DNA of 64,000 nucleotides from a virus: IMG/VR virus record IMGVR_UViG_3300044981_000152, positions 35,221 to 99,220 of that record; one strand, 5' to 3'. Shown piece by piece: positions 62,715 to 64,000 of this stretch (position 1 is its first letter; each line of letters starts with the position of its first letter). The notes under the pieces were generated by a model. It saw only the letters and a program-made list of their open reading frames with translations, ran no database searches and was not told where the DNA came from. The position numbers and the translations under genes were made by a program.

Positions 62715-64000
62715 ATGCCGTCCGAGCTCCGTGAGGCGCTGACCGCCGCTGGCGCGTCTGCCCTCATCCCCAAGATCATCGACCCGCTCCTGCTGGAGTA
62801 CATGAGGCGCTTCTCACCGCTGGTGCGGGCGATCCCCATGACCAAGTGGGACGCGGACGTCTACTACTGGAACCAGCGCACCCAGCTGGCCACCGGCGGG
62901 TTCACCACCGACGGAGGCGCCGTCCCGGTCTCCACCAGCACGTACGTGCAGAACTCGTTCCAGATCAAGCACCTGCAGATCGTCGGCGCCGTCACGGGCT
63001 ACGCCCAGCAGGTCACACGCCAGGTCATCGGCGACCTGCGGCAGACGGAAATCGAGGGTGCCATCCAGGGCATGCTCTGGGACATCGAGACCGGCATCGT
63101 CTGGGGCAACTCCGCGTCCACGCTGAACGGCGCCCGGCCCCAGTTCGACGGCCTGGACACCCAGACCTCCACCTTCTCCGGCGGCAGCCAGAACGCCCAG
63201 GACAAGGGCGGCAACACGCTCACCACCGCGATGCTCGACGAGCTGATCGACATGGTGCAGCAGAACGTCGCCATGCCGGTCCTCGGCGCGTCCTGGATGT
63301 TCGTCACCAGCTCCACCGCCGAGTCGAAGATCGCGCAGCTGATGCAGAACCAGCAGCGGTACAACGACCGCGTCGAGGTCGCCCCCGGCCTGATGGTCGA
63401 CTCGTACCGCAACATCCCGATCGTGCTGACCTCGTTCCTGTCGCCGCGGTCGTTCCAGATGGGCACCGTCACCGCGACCGGCGGCACCGGCGCGCTGCCC
63501 GGCGGCCTGTCCGGCATCACCGGCACGCTGGGCAACGCCACCTACCGGTACGTGATCGCCCCGGTGATCGCCCGGCAGGGCGAGATCCTGCCCGCCGCCG
63601 AAGCGTCCGGGTCGACTGGCGGCACCAGCGGGTTCGTCGGCCTCGGCTTCTCCGGGCCTACGGGTGCCGACGGCGGCCAGCCGATCCTGTACAAGGTATA
63701 CAGGACGGCGAGCGGCGGCGCGTCGGGCTCTGAGACGTTCCTCGGCTATGTCGACGCGACGGTCGGACTGGCCGCGGACGGGGTGACCCCGGTCTACGCC
63801 AACGCGATCTACGACACCGGCGCCGCGCTGATCCCGGTCGTCGGCTCGGCCACGACCGCCACCACGGTCCCCGGCAACCTGGCCCCGTACAGCGTGTACT
63901 GGGGCACCAACACCGGCATGTACCCGCTGTCCGCGGGGCTGGAGAACATCTACCTCATCAACAGGGACCGGAACTACGTGATCCGGCCGTACGTGAGGGA
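62715..64000 (+). CDS. major capsid protein (truncated by window end)
   Basis: AGGAGG RBS; MPSELREALTAAG...IETGIVWG...QFDGL...LDELID...YRNIPIV; open to the window end. Confidence 0.88.
   Translation, partial: MPSELREALTAAGASALIPKIIDPLLLEYMRRFSPLVRAIPMTKWDADVYYWNQRTQLATGGFTTDGGAVPVSTSTYVQNSFQIKHLQIVGAVTGYAQQVTRQVIGDLRQTEIEGAIQGMLWDIETGIVWGNSASTLNGARPQFDGLDTQTSTFSGGSQNAQDKGGNTLTTAMLDELIDMVQQNVAMPVLGASWMFVTSSTAESKIAQLMQNQQRYNDRVEVAPGLMVDSYRNIPIVLTSFLSPRSFQMGTVTATGGTGALPGGLSGITGTLGNATYRYVIAPVIARQGEILPAAEASGSTGGTSGFVGLGFSGPTGADGGQPILYKVYRTASGGASGSETFLGYVDATVGLAADGVTPVYANAIYDTGAALIPVVGSATTATTVPGNLAPYSVYWGTNTGMYPLSAGLENIYLINRDRNYVIRPYVR

Noticed and set aside
1-64000. Integrase/attP, lysis and tail genes, reverse transcriptase or DGR
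   Set aside because: No motifs for these were found; integrase, lysis and tail genes probably lie outside the window

Overview
A very GC-rich stretch of a temperate actinobacterial phage or prophage. The host is inferred from WhiB, DUF5753/DUF6879, a Streptomyces-type TraB and TAGGCT/TAGAAT -10 boxes. Layout: (i) 1-645 is a non-coding cluster of promoters and hairpins. (ii) 646-25168 is a leftward early arm with a ubiquitin-like protein, XF1762/Mom-like acetyltransferase, WhiB, DUF2303, DnaB, DnaC-like loader, an initiator with internal iterons, C5-methyltransferase, ParB-like protein, DUF5131 plus LAGLIDADG, HNH, RecT/YqaJ and a Cro-like HTH. (iii) 25338-36000 is an immunity/accessory block with a CI-like repressor, membrane Ig-like protein, BCS1-like AAA ATPase, SAM methyltransferase, GntR, a secreted peptide gene, a lipoprotein and an HTH-DUF5753/DUF6879 triad. 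(iv) 36100-45400 is a rightward conjugation-like module with a Xis-like HTH, small Arg-tailed ORFs, a VirD4-like coupling ATPase, HNH, a TraB/FtsK-like translocase and an Spd-like membrane protein. (v) 48081-64000 holds late control and head genes (terminases, portal-ParB fusion, MuF-like, protease/scaffold, truncated major capsid). No integrase, relaxase, tRNA or CRISPR array was seen. Strongest leads: a 49-aa secreted pro-peptide with two MYHNG copies, absent from the ORF track (candidate phage communication signal); a VirD4 + TraB transfer module inside a phage, surrounded by ORFs ending in R-S-R; an orphan DUF2604-like ubiquitin (possible anti-defence decoy); and a structured ~120-nt RNA upstream of the terminase. 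All family names come from motif recognition by eye, not from database searches.
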